Numbered from the whole stretch's first letter, positions 27,601 to 40,327 are shown. The stretch: DNA of 62,926 nt, filler included, from Octopus bimaculoides (GCF_001194135.2; 7 parts of 6 records of this genome joined end to end with filler, not necessarily neighbours in it); one strand, 5' to 3'. A program made the numbers and translations. The notes: generated by a model not told the origin, from the sequence alone.

Positions 27601-27965
27601 TTATGTGTTCATATTTAGTTGAGGAAGATATTTATTAATGAAAATTGCCTCTTTATTCATTCTTTGTTGTGTTGAGGTGTACTGTGAACATTGATAGACG
27701 GGAAAAATTAGGAAATTAGGATTAAGATTCCTCGCACAACTTTTTATGTGTCCACGACCTATATCTGTCTGTAATGTGGGTGGCGGATGTTCTTTGTGGA
27801 GAGTTGTTCTTCTACGGAGTGATATTCCTGTTTGGTCAATATAGTTATTACTGCACCGTACGCATGTAATGGGATAGATGAAATTTGATTTAATCTTAAA
27901 TATTTCACCTTGTTTAAAGTTAACTCTGAACCCTCCAAAAGTTGGGGGCAAGTAAAACAGTTATA
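27601..27965 (-). mobile_element. Penelope-like element, GIY-YIG endonuclease remnant
   Basis: NFIYPITCVRCSNNYIDQTGISLRRRTTLH ... HIKSC ... RMNKEAIFINKYLPQLN shows the PLE pattern IY-x2-C-x2-C-x3-YIG-x-T, the catalytic Arg, the His residues and the terminal E...LN. Confidence 0.85.
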
Positions 27966-27970
27966 TATAT

Positions 27971-28043
<73 letters not shown>

Positions 28044-28094
28044 NNNNNNNNNNAAGTAGTGAGTTCTTATTGAGTGAGTTGTATCCAGGTATGG

Positions 28095-29800
28095 GTGGCT
28101 TGTCTGGTATTCCTTGCAGAAATCTCTCTAGACTCCGTTTAAAGCTGATAGGATCCTTTTCCTCTTTTATCTGTTTCGGGACAATGTTAAACAGGGCAGG
28201 GCCTATTTAGGAAAATAAATTATGCCGCAGTGTATCTATATGTTGTGATCCTGAATTTGGCAGGGGACGTATGGCCCGTGGTCCCAGCCTTGCATGAACC
28301 TTGAAACTAATGTTCAGTTCGTTTGGGCAATGCTGGTGGTATATTCTCCACATCGTTCAGATGATGTACCGCTCGCGGCGTCGCTGGAGAGAGTAGAGCT
28401 TCAAGGCTTTAGGGCGGTCCCAGTAATCAAGATCAGTCATGTCTTCAATTCGTTTAGTGAGTGCTCTCTGGGGTGATTCAACCCTCGAGATGTTTTGTTT
28501 TGTATGGGGAGACCACAAGGGGCAGCAGTATTCGAGGTGTGGCCGTACAAAGGAAGAGAAAAATGGAATGATGACATCTTGTTCTCTGAACCGGAAGGTT
28601 CTTAAGATTCAGGAGCTCATCCTACGAGTTATATTGACATTATTGTTGATGTGGGCACTCCAATTGAGATTGTTGTAAACAATTACACCCAGATCTCTGA
28701 TATTATTGGATGCCGTGATCGGTTCCCCTGAAGGAAGAGAGTATGGCTGTTTTAGTACGGATTTTCTTCCAAAATGCATCAGCTCAAATTTTTCCTCGTT
28801 CAGTTTCATTTTGCTTTTATCTGCCCATTGACTCAGAGCATATAGATCAGACTGGAGTTGGATTCGGTCTTCTTCTTCATTGATGATTTGCTAGAGCTTA
28901 AAGTCATCAGCAAATATTTTCACTTTGCAGTGATTTACGACGCAGGAAAGGTCATTTTTGTAAATTATAAAGAGGAGCGGGCCCAAAACAGTCCCCTGAG
29001 GGACACCACTGGTGACGTTGGCTGGGCTTGAGTGGACTCCATCGACCACAACTTCTTGTGTTCTATTCTCCAGGAAATACTTAATCCAGTATAGAGGTTT
29101 TCCACGGATTCCAACATTTGCCAATTTTGTAAGATATTATGGTCAACCCTGTCGAACGCTTTACTGAAGTCAAGATATATGACGTCAGCGTTCGAACCTG
29201 TTCCCAAGGCTTTTAGTGTATTTTCAATGTGGTGTAAGAGCTGTGTTAGACAGTCCCTGCCACAGCGAAAGCAATGTTGGTTTGCATTTAGGAGTTTGTG
29301 GGTCTCTAGGAAGTCAGCTATCCTTGATCTTACCACCCTTTCAAACACTTTAATGATATGGGAGGTAAGTGAGATTGGGCGATAGTTGGGCGATAGTTTT
29401 CAAACAGGGAAACAGATCTGTTTCCCTGTTTGAAAACCAGAATGACAGACTGGGATAGGAGCTGCTAGTTGATGCCTACATTCCTTTAGGAGACTTGCAG
29501 GGAATCTATCAGGGCCTACAGCAGAGTAGTATTTGACCTCATCTATTGCTGCTATGACGTCTGAAGCAGTGAAGGTTATGTCCGAGATTTTAAGTTGGGA
29601 ATCATCTTCGTTTGCTTCTCTTACATCAATATCAGTGGGATCACTAAAGACAGAGCAGTATTGTTTCTGCAGTATTTCTGCCATTTCTTCAGCATTGTGT
29701 CGGGGAATGTTGTTATCATCGATCAATGGCCCAGTGGTTGAGACAGCGGTTCTATTCTTATTTGCATAAGAATAAAACACTTTGGGGTTCTGTTTGATGT
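28095..29800 (-). pseudogene. LINE ORF2 reverse transcriptase and C-terminal region (broken)
   Basis: ORF-track fragments 28609-28809, 28891-29124, 28965-29348 and 29400-29780 are consecutive parts of one RT protein. Confidence 0.9.
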
Positions 29801-30099
29801 TTTTGATTACCCACTGTTCCTCCGCAGCTCTTTAATTTTCAATGGAGGTTTTCATGTCGGTCTGCAGATAAAATTTTTCCAACTCCAGCCTTTCCATTGT
29901 TGTTGAATGTGGATGTTGTATGCGGGAGTATTTTAATTGGTTGATTTTTTTTTTTTTGATGCACCCGATGAGTGTTTTTTCTTTTTCTTTTTAGGGAGCC
30001 GGTTTCTGTTTGTATTCGTGGTTTTCGTTGGAGCGTGTTTTGAGCGTGTATAGGTGACGATGTTCTTAAAGTGTTGCCATGCGGTCTCAATGTGAGTGG

Positions 30100-30545
30100 A
30101 ACTGAGAGTGAAAGACCATTCGATGAAGGACAGATCCTTTCTGATTGCTCCCCAGTCCGCTTTGTGGAAATTTATGTTGCCAAATGAGTGCCGTGGAGCG
30201 TGATTGGTTGGTTTGGTTTTGATATGCCGGGAATTAAAATTGCAGAGTATCATGTCGTGGTTTGAGAGGAGAGTTTTTTCAACTGAAATGCTGTGAACGG
30301 AGCTAGAGTGGTTGGTTGATATTAGATCCGAGATCGTTTCATTCTGTCTTGTTGGTTCGAGCACTAGTTGAGTCAGGAAGAATCTATCCATTAGATTAAA
30401 GAGTAATTCTGCTGCTGCTTTATCTAATGTAGAGCATCTACCTAACTTCAGAGTATTTGTGGGCCAGTTTATATGAGGGAGGTTAAAATCACCCATCACT
30501 AGTATGTCTCCGGGGTGGTATTTTTGAAGGAAGGACTTGATTNNN
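30100..30545 (-). pseudogene. LINE ORF2 apurinic-like endonuclease, C-terminal half
   Basis: GDILVMGDFNLPHINW ... LTQLVLEPTRQNETISDLISTN; the N-terminal half falls in the N gap. Confidence 0.88.
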
Positions 30546-31249
30546 NNNNNNNNNNNNNNNNNNNNNNNNNNNNNNNNNNNNNNNNNNNNNNNNNNNNNNN
30601 NNNNNNNNNNNNNNNNNNNNNNNNNNNNNNNNNNNNNNNNNNNNNNNNNNNNNNNNNNNNNNNNNNNNNNNNNNNNNNNNNNNNNNNNNNNNNNNNNNNN
30701 NNNNNNNNNNNNNNNNNNNNNNNNNNNNNNNNNNNNNNNNNNNNNNNNNNNNNNNNNNNNNNNNNNNNNNNNNNNNNNNNNNNNNNNNNNNNNNNNNNNN
30801 NNNNNNNNNNNNNNNNNNNNNNNNNNNNNNNNNNNNNNNNNNNNNNNNNNNNNNNNNNNNNNNNNNAACAGGAATGTCGAGGTAAGGGTAGTTTGATGCT
30901 TGCATTGTTCTAAGTTATGTTTTATGTTGTTCAGGGGTAGCAATGAGGATAGTTTTTGTATGGAGCTGTGTGTGTATGATTTTCTAGTTCGTGGTGGCTG
31001 TGTGTTCCTTGTGTTTTGCATAAATGGTTGCTGATAGCCCGTTGGCTTAGGTCGGCTTTCATATTTTCTAGATAAGTTAGTAAAAAAGAGTTGCCTCTTT
31101 GATTTGTCACTTGGTCAGAGGATACATAGTTCATGTTTATGTCATTTGGTGCTATGGTTTTCCCATAGTTCTGTCTTCGTTGGTTGGTTGTAGGAGGTGA
31201 AATGTGGTTGTGTTTTGTTTTTGTTGTTGTCGTAGGTCTCCTCTGTTGC

Positions 31250-32260
31250 TGTTTATAGTTATTTTTCGACAGTTTTGTGCCCTTCAGATGGCGGTGGCAC
31301 ATTCTGGGTTCAAGCACATCCTTAGTGACACAGAAGTTTGGCACAGTTTAGGATGGAAGAAGGTGCATCCATTGCCATTTGTGTATCCATATTTAGGATC
31401 AGGGCCATGGATTCTGTATTTAGGACAGTATTTGGGGTGGAGGTGAGGGCAGTTTTTTTTCCCCGTTATGCAATATGGGCAGGTGCCCTTAACAAGTCTA
31501 CGGCATAATGTAGGATGGAAAAAAGCACAGCATCCCTTGTTGTTGGTGCCGCTGGGGCCAAATCTACATTTACCTTGAGAATGGTAACAAGGTTTTTGAC
31601 GTGGGCATAGTAGAGGTTTTTTCTGTATTGGCAGGCTCGTTGGTCAGTGGTCCTATTGTAGTAGCAGTAGTGTTGTTGTTGATTGTTGTTGTTGTTGTTG
31701 CTGCTGCTACTGTGGCAGTGAAATTTGATTTGTAACAGTAGGGCAGGGTGGAATCAGGTCAGTTAGTGGTGCTAAACAAGGTACTTCCAATGTAATAGCA
31801 GTAGCAAGTTGTTATTGTGGTGGTAGTGAGTCCTGGCTTGCTACGGTAGTGTTGGGTGGAATTAGGTCAGAAAGCGATATCAATGAGGGTGTTGTTTGTT
31901 GCTGGCTAGCAGGTCGTTGAAGTTACCCCTGACCTGTTGGAGTTGGGTCAGTGGGTGCACTACATCCATTGACAATTATGGCTTCTAGTGTTGCCATGTG
32001 CGTGTGTAAAGTATGAAATGATCTTGTGATTTCTTACATTTTGTTTTCGATCTGTTTTACAGATCTGTAAAAGGATTGTGAAAGCTAATTTTTCAGCGAT
32101 TTTACTGTAGACATTAGCCTTTACACAATCGTAATGCTGAGTGTACCAAGCGTTTATCAGTGAACCGATTTCGTTTTCTACCCAGTGGCGTTTTAGAGTA
32201 TTATTGGCCATATTCAGTGGCACAGTATTATACAATATACATTGGTTATTGGTGACTTGA
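31250..32260 (-). pseudogene. LINE ORF1 remnant: PHD-like finger and repeated C/H zinc-finger motifs
   Basis: QCILYN...LKRHW...WYTQHYDCVK...LLQIC (decayed PHD spacing); GCCAFFHPTLC, NCPHLHPKYC, GCTFFHPKLC...CLNPEC/HRHLKGT. Confidence 0.65.
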
Positions 32261-32991
32261 TGTATAAAAGTGAATGCACCGTTGTGAAGTTTGTGTCGAT
32301 ATATTCGGAAATGCGTGGCTATATCTGGGTGTGTGTGAGACAGTTCAGTGTATTTAGTACAAATTAGAATGAGCGGTGTGTTTAATACAAATCAAGAGAA
32401 AGGAATTGTACACACGGGACTAGTTTTAGAACTAATCTTGGGTTTAGTTTTGGTTTATATTTCTTTCTCCAGGTTGTATATAAATTTGTGCAAATTTATC
32501 GTCCGATTATAGTAAAATAGTAGAATAGTAGAATTCAAGAGTTCTGGGACTAAAAACAAGGAAAGTTACTGATGGTTTGAGTTGAAATCTGTTTCTTTGG
32601 CTACTGACTGGCCGGAGCTATGAAAAGTACGTCTTGTATATATATGTTTGTTTATTTCACCGTTTCGTTTTCCTGTCTTGTTTTCCGTCCGCTACTATAC
32701 TCCACGAAAAAAATTTAATTTGTGTTCGTGGGAAGAGCCATTTTAACGATGCGTCCTGCCCTAACTCTTCGAAACGCCGGTGTTTNNNNNNNNNNNNNNN
32801 NNNNNNNNNNNNNNNNNNNNNNNNNNNNNTTAATTAATTAANNNNNNNNNNNNNNNNNNNNNNNNNNNNNNNNNNNNNNNNNNNNCATCAACTATCATTA
32901 TTATCATCATTGAAAGAATTATTATTCTTTCCAGTAGAAAGAATTATTATTATTATTAATATTATTATTATTATTATTATTAAAAAAACAT

Positions 32992-33290
32992 TTCAGCGAG
33001 GTCGTTGCCAGTGCCGTTTGACTGGCTCCTGTGCAGGTGGCATGTAAAATACACCATTTTGAGCATGGCCGTTGCCAGTACCGCCGGACTGGCCTTCGTG
33101 CCGGTGGCAAGTAAAAGCACCCACTACACTCTCGGAGTGGTTGGCGTTAGGAAGGGCATCGAGCTGTAGAAACTCTGCCAGATCAGATTGGAGCCTGGTG
33201 TAGCCATCTTGTTTCACCAGTCCTCAGTCAAATCGTCCAACCCATGCTAGCATGGAAAGCGGACGTTAAACGATGATGATGACGATGATG
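32992..33290 (+). mobile_element. Non-autonomous retroposon with RTE-like 3' end and (GAT)n tail, two internal ~65-bp units
   Basis: GGTTGGCGTTAGGAAGGGCATC ... CCAACCCATGCTAGCATGGAAAGCGGACGTTAAACGATGATGAT, shared with 35320, 41415, 41690, 54918 and 58279. Confidence 0.8.
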
Positions 33291-34299
33291 ATGATTATTA
33301 TAATCATTATTATAATTATTATAATAATAATTATTATTATTATTATCACAACCTTCCATTACCTTGAACCTTATGAGCGAAATTGTTTGGGGAAACCCTT
33401 CAGACAGATTACATCTATTTTTGGAGGGTAGCCTTAATCCTTATCTATGGTCCAGCTTAACACCACTACCACCACTACTTCCACCACCAATAGTTGGGCC
33501 CTTAAATGCCTTTGGCTAGGGTCCTGTGAGGTTGTAAGCACTTAGATGCTTAGACTAAGTCCCCAGTCTGAAGTTACATAACATGATATTTTAATGCACC
33601 GCAGTAACTCACGAATTGTGGTCATTTATTTGTTGTTCTTTTCTGCCCCCTGTCCTTTCTTTCTTTACCCTACCTGTCTGAAAGAGACCCCCATGAGAGG
33701 TCACAGGTACCGATATCCCTCTGAATAGGCATCTCCCTCACCACACCAGACAAATTTTGTTTTTTGTTTTTTTTTTGTTAATTTAATTTTTTTTTTTACA
33801 AAATTACAATTCCTTGCATTAGGAATTCATACCATAAGCTCTACATTAGCCACAGAGTATCTGGGTCAGTTTTTGTCAGTCACACGGACTTTATAGAACT
33901 AGAAAAAAAAGAAATACTTACTCAATGGTTAAATAGCACATGCATTAAGAATAGATACAACGCTCACTTTGGTTATAATGAGGACACAAGCTAAACGAAC
34001 AAGCACTAAAGTTAGAACAATATTTAGGCCTATATTTATGACAAAATTAATACTTGGTGATTGTAATTTAGGTAGTATGTTTTATCGGATAGACTAGGTC
34101 TCTGGTCTGGAACTAGTTCTTCCGAAATAATTTTAGTAGCCCTGAGAAAGAGGATCATTAAACTCTGACCTTCTTCTTTGAATAAATCCATAAAAAAAAA
34201 AGAAAGAAAGAATGAAGTCATTTAACTATTCTCCACTAGTTTCATGAAATATGACTAACTTCAAAGAGAAAGTAGACAAGGAAGAGGCCTCAATGGCGA

Positions 34300-35060
34300 G
34301 TAGGTCAACCAGCTAAAAATAGCAGCCAAAGTCTCCTTCAAATCACATCCTCCTGTCTTATGTATATGTATGAGCCAGTCAGAGAGACCTATAAATGGTA
34401 GCTAGATCTACTAGAAATAGCAGTCAAATCTCCCTCAAATCACACCTCTGTCTTATGTATGAATATATGTATGATTCAACAAAGGAGACCTCTACATGGT
34501 AGCTAAACCTACAAGAAATAGCAACCAAATCTGCCTCAAATCACATCCGCCTGTCATGTATTTTTACGATTCAACAAGAGAATCCTCTACATGGTAGCTA
34601 AACCTACAAGAAATAGCAACCAAATCTGCCTCAAATCACATCCTCCTGTCATGTATTTTTACGATTCAACAAGAGAATCCTCTACATGGTAGCTAAACCT
34701 ACTAGAAATAGCAACCAAATCTGCCTCAAATCACACCCTACTATATTATGTATGTATATATTGTATGATTCAACAAGGGAGACTTCTACATGGTAAGCTA
34801 GACCTACTAGAAATAGAAACCAAATCTCATTCAATCCACACACTGTCTTATGTATGTATGTATATATGTATGATTTCACAAGGGAGACTTCTACATGGTA
34901 GCTAGACCTATTAGAAATAGCAGCTAAATCTCCCTCAAATCGCACTCCATATTGTCTTATGTATGTATACATGTGTGATTCAACAAGAGAGACCTCTACA
35001 TGGTAGCTAGAAGTATTAGAAATAACAGCCAGATCTCTCACAAATTATAGTTTACTGTCT
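34300..35060 (+). repeat. Tandem array of 7-8 units of 95-105 bp
   Basis: ATGGTA(A)GCTA recurs near 34395, 34496, 34591, 34686, 34790, 34895 and 35000. The units contain AGAAATAGCAGCCAAATCTCCCTCAAATCACA. Confidence 0.92.
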
Positions 35061-35319
35061 TTTTTGTATCTGATGTATGCAGGACTCGAATCTACATCTG
35101 TAAACATGACAGGCTTTCAACCATTGGAACAAAGCAATTCTCTGAATTCCTCTATCCATTTTAGAAACTTTATTCTAACCAGCTTTATCTGCATTGTGAT
35201 CTCATCATCATTATCAAGATCCCTTAACCGATGCAGCCAGTCACCGGGGAGCCAGTCTAGCCAGTGCTCCACAACCTTTTTTCACTTGTGGTACACTTAT
35301 ATTCTTTTCAAAATTCGGT

Positions 35320-35540
35320 GGTGACCGATGCCATTGTTTCATAACTGGCACCCATGCCAGTCGGGTGTAAAAAGCACCCCGCTACACACTGGGAGTGGTT
35401 GGCCTCAGGAAGGGCATCCAGCTGTAGAAACCATACCAAAATCAGATCGGAACCTGGTGCAGCTCCCCAGCTTACCAGCTTTCAGTCAAACCGTCCAACC
35501 CATGCCAGCATGGAAAACGGACGTTAAATGATGATGATGA
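35320..35540 (+). mobile_element. RTE-tailed retroposon copy with about one internal unit
   Basis: Same 3' end as 32992-33290, with a (GAT)n tail. Confidence 0.8.
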
Positions 35541-36280
35541 TATATGTATATGAGAGAGAATAGATACACACACACACACATACAAAATCTTGAAATAAAT
35601 ATATTAGCGAGTTAGGAATGTCAAGGCGGAAGTCAGCTTAAACTAGCAACCAGAAAGCATGGAATTCACAGAGAAGAGATTAGATTTATAAGATAAGCAC
35701 AGACATGACTACAAGGTTGAGAAGTTCGCTTCTCAACTATGTAGTTTTGGGTTCAATCCTACTGCATGGCACCTAGGGCAAATGTCTTCTTCTATAGCCC
35801 CAGGCTGGGTAATGCCTTGCATGTAGATTCGATGTCTAGGAACTGCAGTAAGCCTGCCACAGTGTGTGTGTGCATTCATGCATGTGTGCAAACATGCATG
35901 TGTGCATACATGCATGTGTGCATGTGTGTGCTCTCTCCCTGTTGTGATGTCACATGACAGCTCTAATTGATTGTTACAGGTGTTTATTTCCAATCTTCCA
36001 CGAAAGCATGTCAAGCCATGGGGGAGCCATGGAAACACTTGGGGTTAGCAACATGTACACTTGAACAAAACACTTCATTTCACATTGCTCCAGTTTACAC
36101 TCGGCTGTCAAGTGTTAATCCTAAAACAGACTGGTATCCCGGTCAGGGACAATGTTGTGGTCACTTATATGTGATGGAAACCAAGCAACTTGTCCGATGA
36201 GCCCTAGCACTTGCTTTACTAACTATAGTTGTTTAGCCATAGGTCAGCCTCAATCAAGCAGATGATCTATGATCATCATA

Positions 36281-36445
36281 GGCGTAGGAGTGGCTGTGTG
36301 GTAAGTAGCTTGCTTACCAACCACAAGGTTTCAGGTTCAGTCCCACTGCATGGCATCTTGGGCAAGTGCCTTCTACTATAGCCCCGGGCCGACCAAAGCC
36401 TTGTGAGTGGATTTGGTAGACGGAAACTGAAAGAAGCCTGTCGTA

Positions 36446-36489
<44 letters not shown>

Positions 36490-36700
36490 GGTGTATATGT
36501 TTTTGTGTCTGTTTGTCCCCCCAACATTGTTTGACAACCGAGGCTGGTGTGTTTATGTTCCCGTAACTTAGCGGTTCGGCAAAAGAGACTGACAGAATAA
36601 GTACTAGGCTTCTAAAGAATAAGTCCTGGGGTCGATTTGCTCGAATAAAGGCGGTGCTTCAGCATGGCCACAGTCAAATGACTGAAACAAGTAAAAGAGT
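36281..36700 (+). mobile_element. tRNA-derived SINE family B, full length
   Basis: GGCGTAGGAGTGGCTGTGTGGTAAG (A box), GGTTCAGTCC (B box), internal (TA)n, tail ending GACTGAAACAAGTAAAAGAGT. Confidence 0.85.
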
Positions 36701-37312
36701 AAATCAAATTTTGTGCTTTGAGTTCAAGCCATACTGTACTCAACTTCACCTTTCAGCCTTCTGGGGTCGATAAAAAAGATAAAAGAAAAACATTCCAACA
36801 GAAGCAATTCCATTTTTATATATATTTCTATTATCTTAGCTATTTTGCTGTAAATGCTATTTAACATGTTAAATTGTTTTATACATTTCAGAAAAATGTC
36901 ATTATCAAAAGATGAGAGAACATTCATTGTCCTAAAAATGATACAAAAATCCTAAAAATTGGTAAACTCTTAGACACGTCACTATTCAGGAATACTTTGA
37001 AAAAAAAAAAACAAATTAACCCTTTTAATATTAACTCGCCTGAAACAGCCTCCGATTCGTTAATACAAAACCTCTTGTTTGTTTTAAATTGATTTAAAAT
37101 AAACCTTCCATCATAATATCATTTATGTTCTAAACATCAGCTTAACAACAACAAGGAATTTCAATAAATACTTCGTTAAATTTGAATTGTACAATACAAG
37201 CAGCTCTGTAATAAGAACACTATCAGTACAACACAGAAGCTGCAGTTTTTTATTTAGGAGAAGTAATTATAACTGTCCTAGGTTATTGTAATTTTTAGTA
37301 TAGCATTATAGG

Positions 37313-37871
37313 ATAAAGGGTAAAGACCTCCGTCGTTCATGAATAACCATGGGATTGCGTATAGAAAGTTACCCTCCGAGGCACAAGTCCAGGCAAAGTT
37401 ATTTATGGAAGACCAAAAGTCGCCCATGTATACCAGCCTCCCCTCTCCCCACCATTAGATGTACATAAAGGGTAAAGATCCCTTTCAGTCACGAATGACC
37501 ATGGGATTGCACCTAGAAAGTTCCCCTCTGAGGTATAAGTCCAGGCAAGGTTGTTTATGGAAGACCAGAAGTCACCCATGCATACCAGCCTCCTCCTCTC
37601 TCCCTGCCTTTATATGGACATATGGTACAGGGGGTTAAACCCCCCTTCGGTCATGGATGACCTCCCCTCCAAGGCACAAGTCTGGGCAAGTTTGTTCAAT
37701 GGAAGACCAGCAGTCACCCATGCATTCAACCTTCCCCTCTCCACTCCACTGATGTCATCCAAAGGAAATGCAAAGGGGCCGATACAGCTTGGCCCCAGTG
37801 ACATCACAACTCATTTCTATTGCTGAGTAAACTGGAGCAACGTGAAATAAAGTGTCTTGCTCAAGAACACA
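37313..37871 (-). mobile_element. SINE family D with its 3' tail present three times in tandem
   Basis: GGCACAAGTCCAGGCAA...TGGAAGACCAG recurs near 37380, 37530 and 37672. The CORE-like part runs into the gap at 37872. Confidence 0.8.
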
Positions 37872-38929
37872 NNNNNNNNNNNNNNNNNNNNNNNNNNNNN
37901 NNNNNNNNNNNNNNNNNNNNNNNNNNNNNNNNNNNNNNNNNNNNNNNNNNNNNNNNNNNNNNNNNNNNNNNATATATACATATAATTGGCCATTGGAAAG
38001 GTGATTACTTTGGTGGTGCCCCAGCATGACCACTCGACAACCAGTGTTGGTTTGTTTATGTCCTTATAACTTAACGGCTTGGCATAAAAAGACTGATAGA
38101 ATAAATGCTCAAAAAGAAAAAAATTCTGGAGATAATTTGTTCAATGAAATTCTTCAAGGATCTGACAGACCTATACGCAAAGGTATTCTCACTTTTATTC
38201 AGGCACGGTGTACCTAGGACTATATCAACTAATGTGTCCCTCCTTATTGTTGTTTAGCACTAGATTAACCCAGATCTAGCAAGCATAGGATCAATGATGT
38301 TCTAATTGTGACCATCAAATCTTTTATACTGGCATAGTGTATCTAGGACTACATCGAGTAATGTGTGTTTTTTCCTAATTTAAGATGGTAGGGTGTGTGT
38401 GATTTAATAGAGATTTCGCTACTGTTTCTATGGATTAACTTATCATTGTCAAAGGAGGGATTAGTTAAGCTGCTATTACTGGAGATTAGTTGTTATAGCA
38501 ACAATAGATTAAGTGGGGTGTATGTGCATGTATTTGCATATTCAAGTGTGTGTGTGTGTGTGTTTGTGTGTATGTGTGTGTTTGTGTGTGTGTGTGTGTG
38601 AGAGTTAGAGGCAGAAAGAAGGTTAGAACGTATGTGTATACATTTATTGATGCACATGTGTAAATGTGTTCTTGTGTATATCTAAAATTCTGTGTAAATT
38701 CTTAGATATAATTCCTTCTGTATATATACTTCTATACAACCACGATTTTTGATGAACTTAAAATAATCATAAATTTAATTTACTACATATTTTGAACACT
38801 TTCATGTAAACTGTTTAAACAAAAAGCCTCATTTAACATTTTCTTATTATCAAAGATTCTATTTTTTAACATTTTCTTATCATTATCAAAGACTGTATAA
38901 TTTTTTTTTTTTAATACAATTAATGATAC

Positions 38930-40093
38930 CCATTTTTTAACACAACAAAGCTTATACATAGCTTTACGTTTTACTTTTGATAATATTTTTTTTAAAAAGT
39001 GAAACCGGTCAAGTCAATAAACATTTTTAAAAGACCTCAGCATTTTCAAACTCTCTTGCAACAGAAAGTGCGAGGAATATTAATGCAGTATATGGGGATT
39101 GGACAATAAGTGTAAGCCAGTGTCAATTGGGGTTTCAGAAATTCCGAGCCGGAAACCACAGTCTAGAAGACAAGCCTCATCCTGGAAAATCTGTAGAGCT
39201 TAACGAGGACGTCCTATAAGCCCCGATGGAACAAAATCCCATCATAACTGTTGAGGAACTAGCAGGGAAATTTTGATTTGGTCACTCAACCATTCATCAA
39301 CACCTGCATGACATAGGAAAAGTCAGCAAATTGGGTCAATGGGTACCTCATAAAATTTTTGAATCTAATCACATGCAGAGAGTGAATGTGTGCTCTTCTT
39401 TGCTGTCACATCTCACGAATGAACCATTTTTTGGACTGAATAGTGACTGGTGACAAGAGATGGGTTCTCTATAAATGTCAAGTGCCAAAGACAGTGGGTA
39501 GGGAAAGGAGAAACACCGGTTCCCCAGGCTAAAGAAGGTCTTCACCCACATAAGATGTTGTCATCTGTTTGGTGGGATATGAAAGGTTTAGTTCACTCTG
39601 AAATTTTAAACCAAAACCAAATGATAACAAAGTAGATCTACTGTGAGGCAGCTTAAGTCAGTGCTAAAAGAAAAACGACCATCTTTGGTCATTTTTGCTT
39701 TCAAGACGAAATGTGTTCTTCCATCAGAATAATGCTCGGCCACATACTGCAAGGACAACGTTCCAAAGGCTGAACGGGAAACAATGCCCCACCTATCATA
39801 TTTGCTGGACATTGCCCCATCTGATTATCATTTATTCCACAGTCTTCAAAATCATCTGGATGGAAAAAAAATATGAATTCTATAGATAAGGTCAGAACAG
39901 TACTGGAGGAGTATTTTTCATCACAGACAAGTGAATTTTGGAAAAGGGATCTTGCAAGTCTACCAGATAGATGGAAGAGCATTGTAGAAAATGAAGGAGA
40001 GTATATTTTAGATTACAAAAGAATTTTGTTTATCTTAATTTTGAAAAATAAAAGAAGTATAAAAAGAACTGCATTATTTATAGGATGACCCCA
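38930..40093 (+). mobile_element. Near-complete decayed mariner with 3' TIR
   Basis: ARNINAVYG, KFRAGNHSLEDKPHPG, LGQWVPHK, IVTGDKRWVLY, LHPHKMLSSVWWDMKG, HQNNARPH, DIAPSDYHLFHSLQNHL, LPDRWKSIVENEGEY. Ends ...CATTATTTATAGGATGACCCCA followed by TA. The 5' TIR was not found. Confidence 0.92.
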
Positions 40094-40115
40094 TATATAT
40101 ATATATAATTTCTAC

Positions 40116-40327
40116 TCTAGGCACAGGGCCTTGAAAATTTGGGGGAGAAGGGGGCTTGTGGATTACATTGACTCCAGTGCATAACTGGTACTTATTTTAT
40201 CGCCCCCACCCCCAAGGATGAAAGGCAAAGTTAACCTCGGCGGAATTTGAACTCAGAACGTAGTGGCAGACGAAATACCACTAAGCATTTCGCCCAGCGT
40301 GCTAACGGTTCTAACAGCTCGCTGCCC
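40116..40327 (-). mobile_element. SINE family A
   Basis: AGGATGAAAGGCAAAGTTAACCTCGGCGGAATTTGAACTCAGAACG...GCATTTCGCCCAGCGTGCTAAC. Confidence 0.85.

Larger units (their letters stand above)
28095..32634 (-). mobile_element. Near full-length, decayed CR1-like LINE (ORF1 plus APE-RT ORF2)
   Basis: RT: QHCFRCGRDCLTQLL, YLDFSKAFDRVDH, GVPQGTVLGPLLF, FADD. APE: LVMGDFNLPHINW, EPTRQNETISDLI. C-terminus FKRSLERFLQGIPDKP. ORF1 Cys/His motifs at 31250-32260. Stops, frameshifts and one N gap. Confidence 0.92.

Noticed and set aside
32722-32785. GGAAGAG...CTCTTC-GAAACG, resembling the 44868 motif
   Set aside because: No acceptable core or stem I in this copy, and it is cut by a spacer; worth rechecking only at consensus level.
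34300-35060. CRISPR-like array
   Set aside because: Whole units are homologous, so there are no unique spacers; no cas genes; eukaryotic context.
35060-35310. 86-aa ORF that looks like an exon
   Set aside because: No recognisable protein, and its right end is a hAT-like terminal sequence (CAGTGCTCCACAACCTTTTT), which suggests transposon debris.
38930-40093. Domesticated SETMAR-like gene
   Set aside because: Multiple stops and frameshifts, and no SET domain; an ordinary dead mariner.
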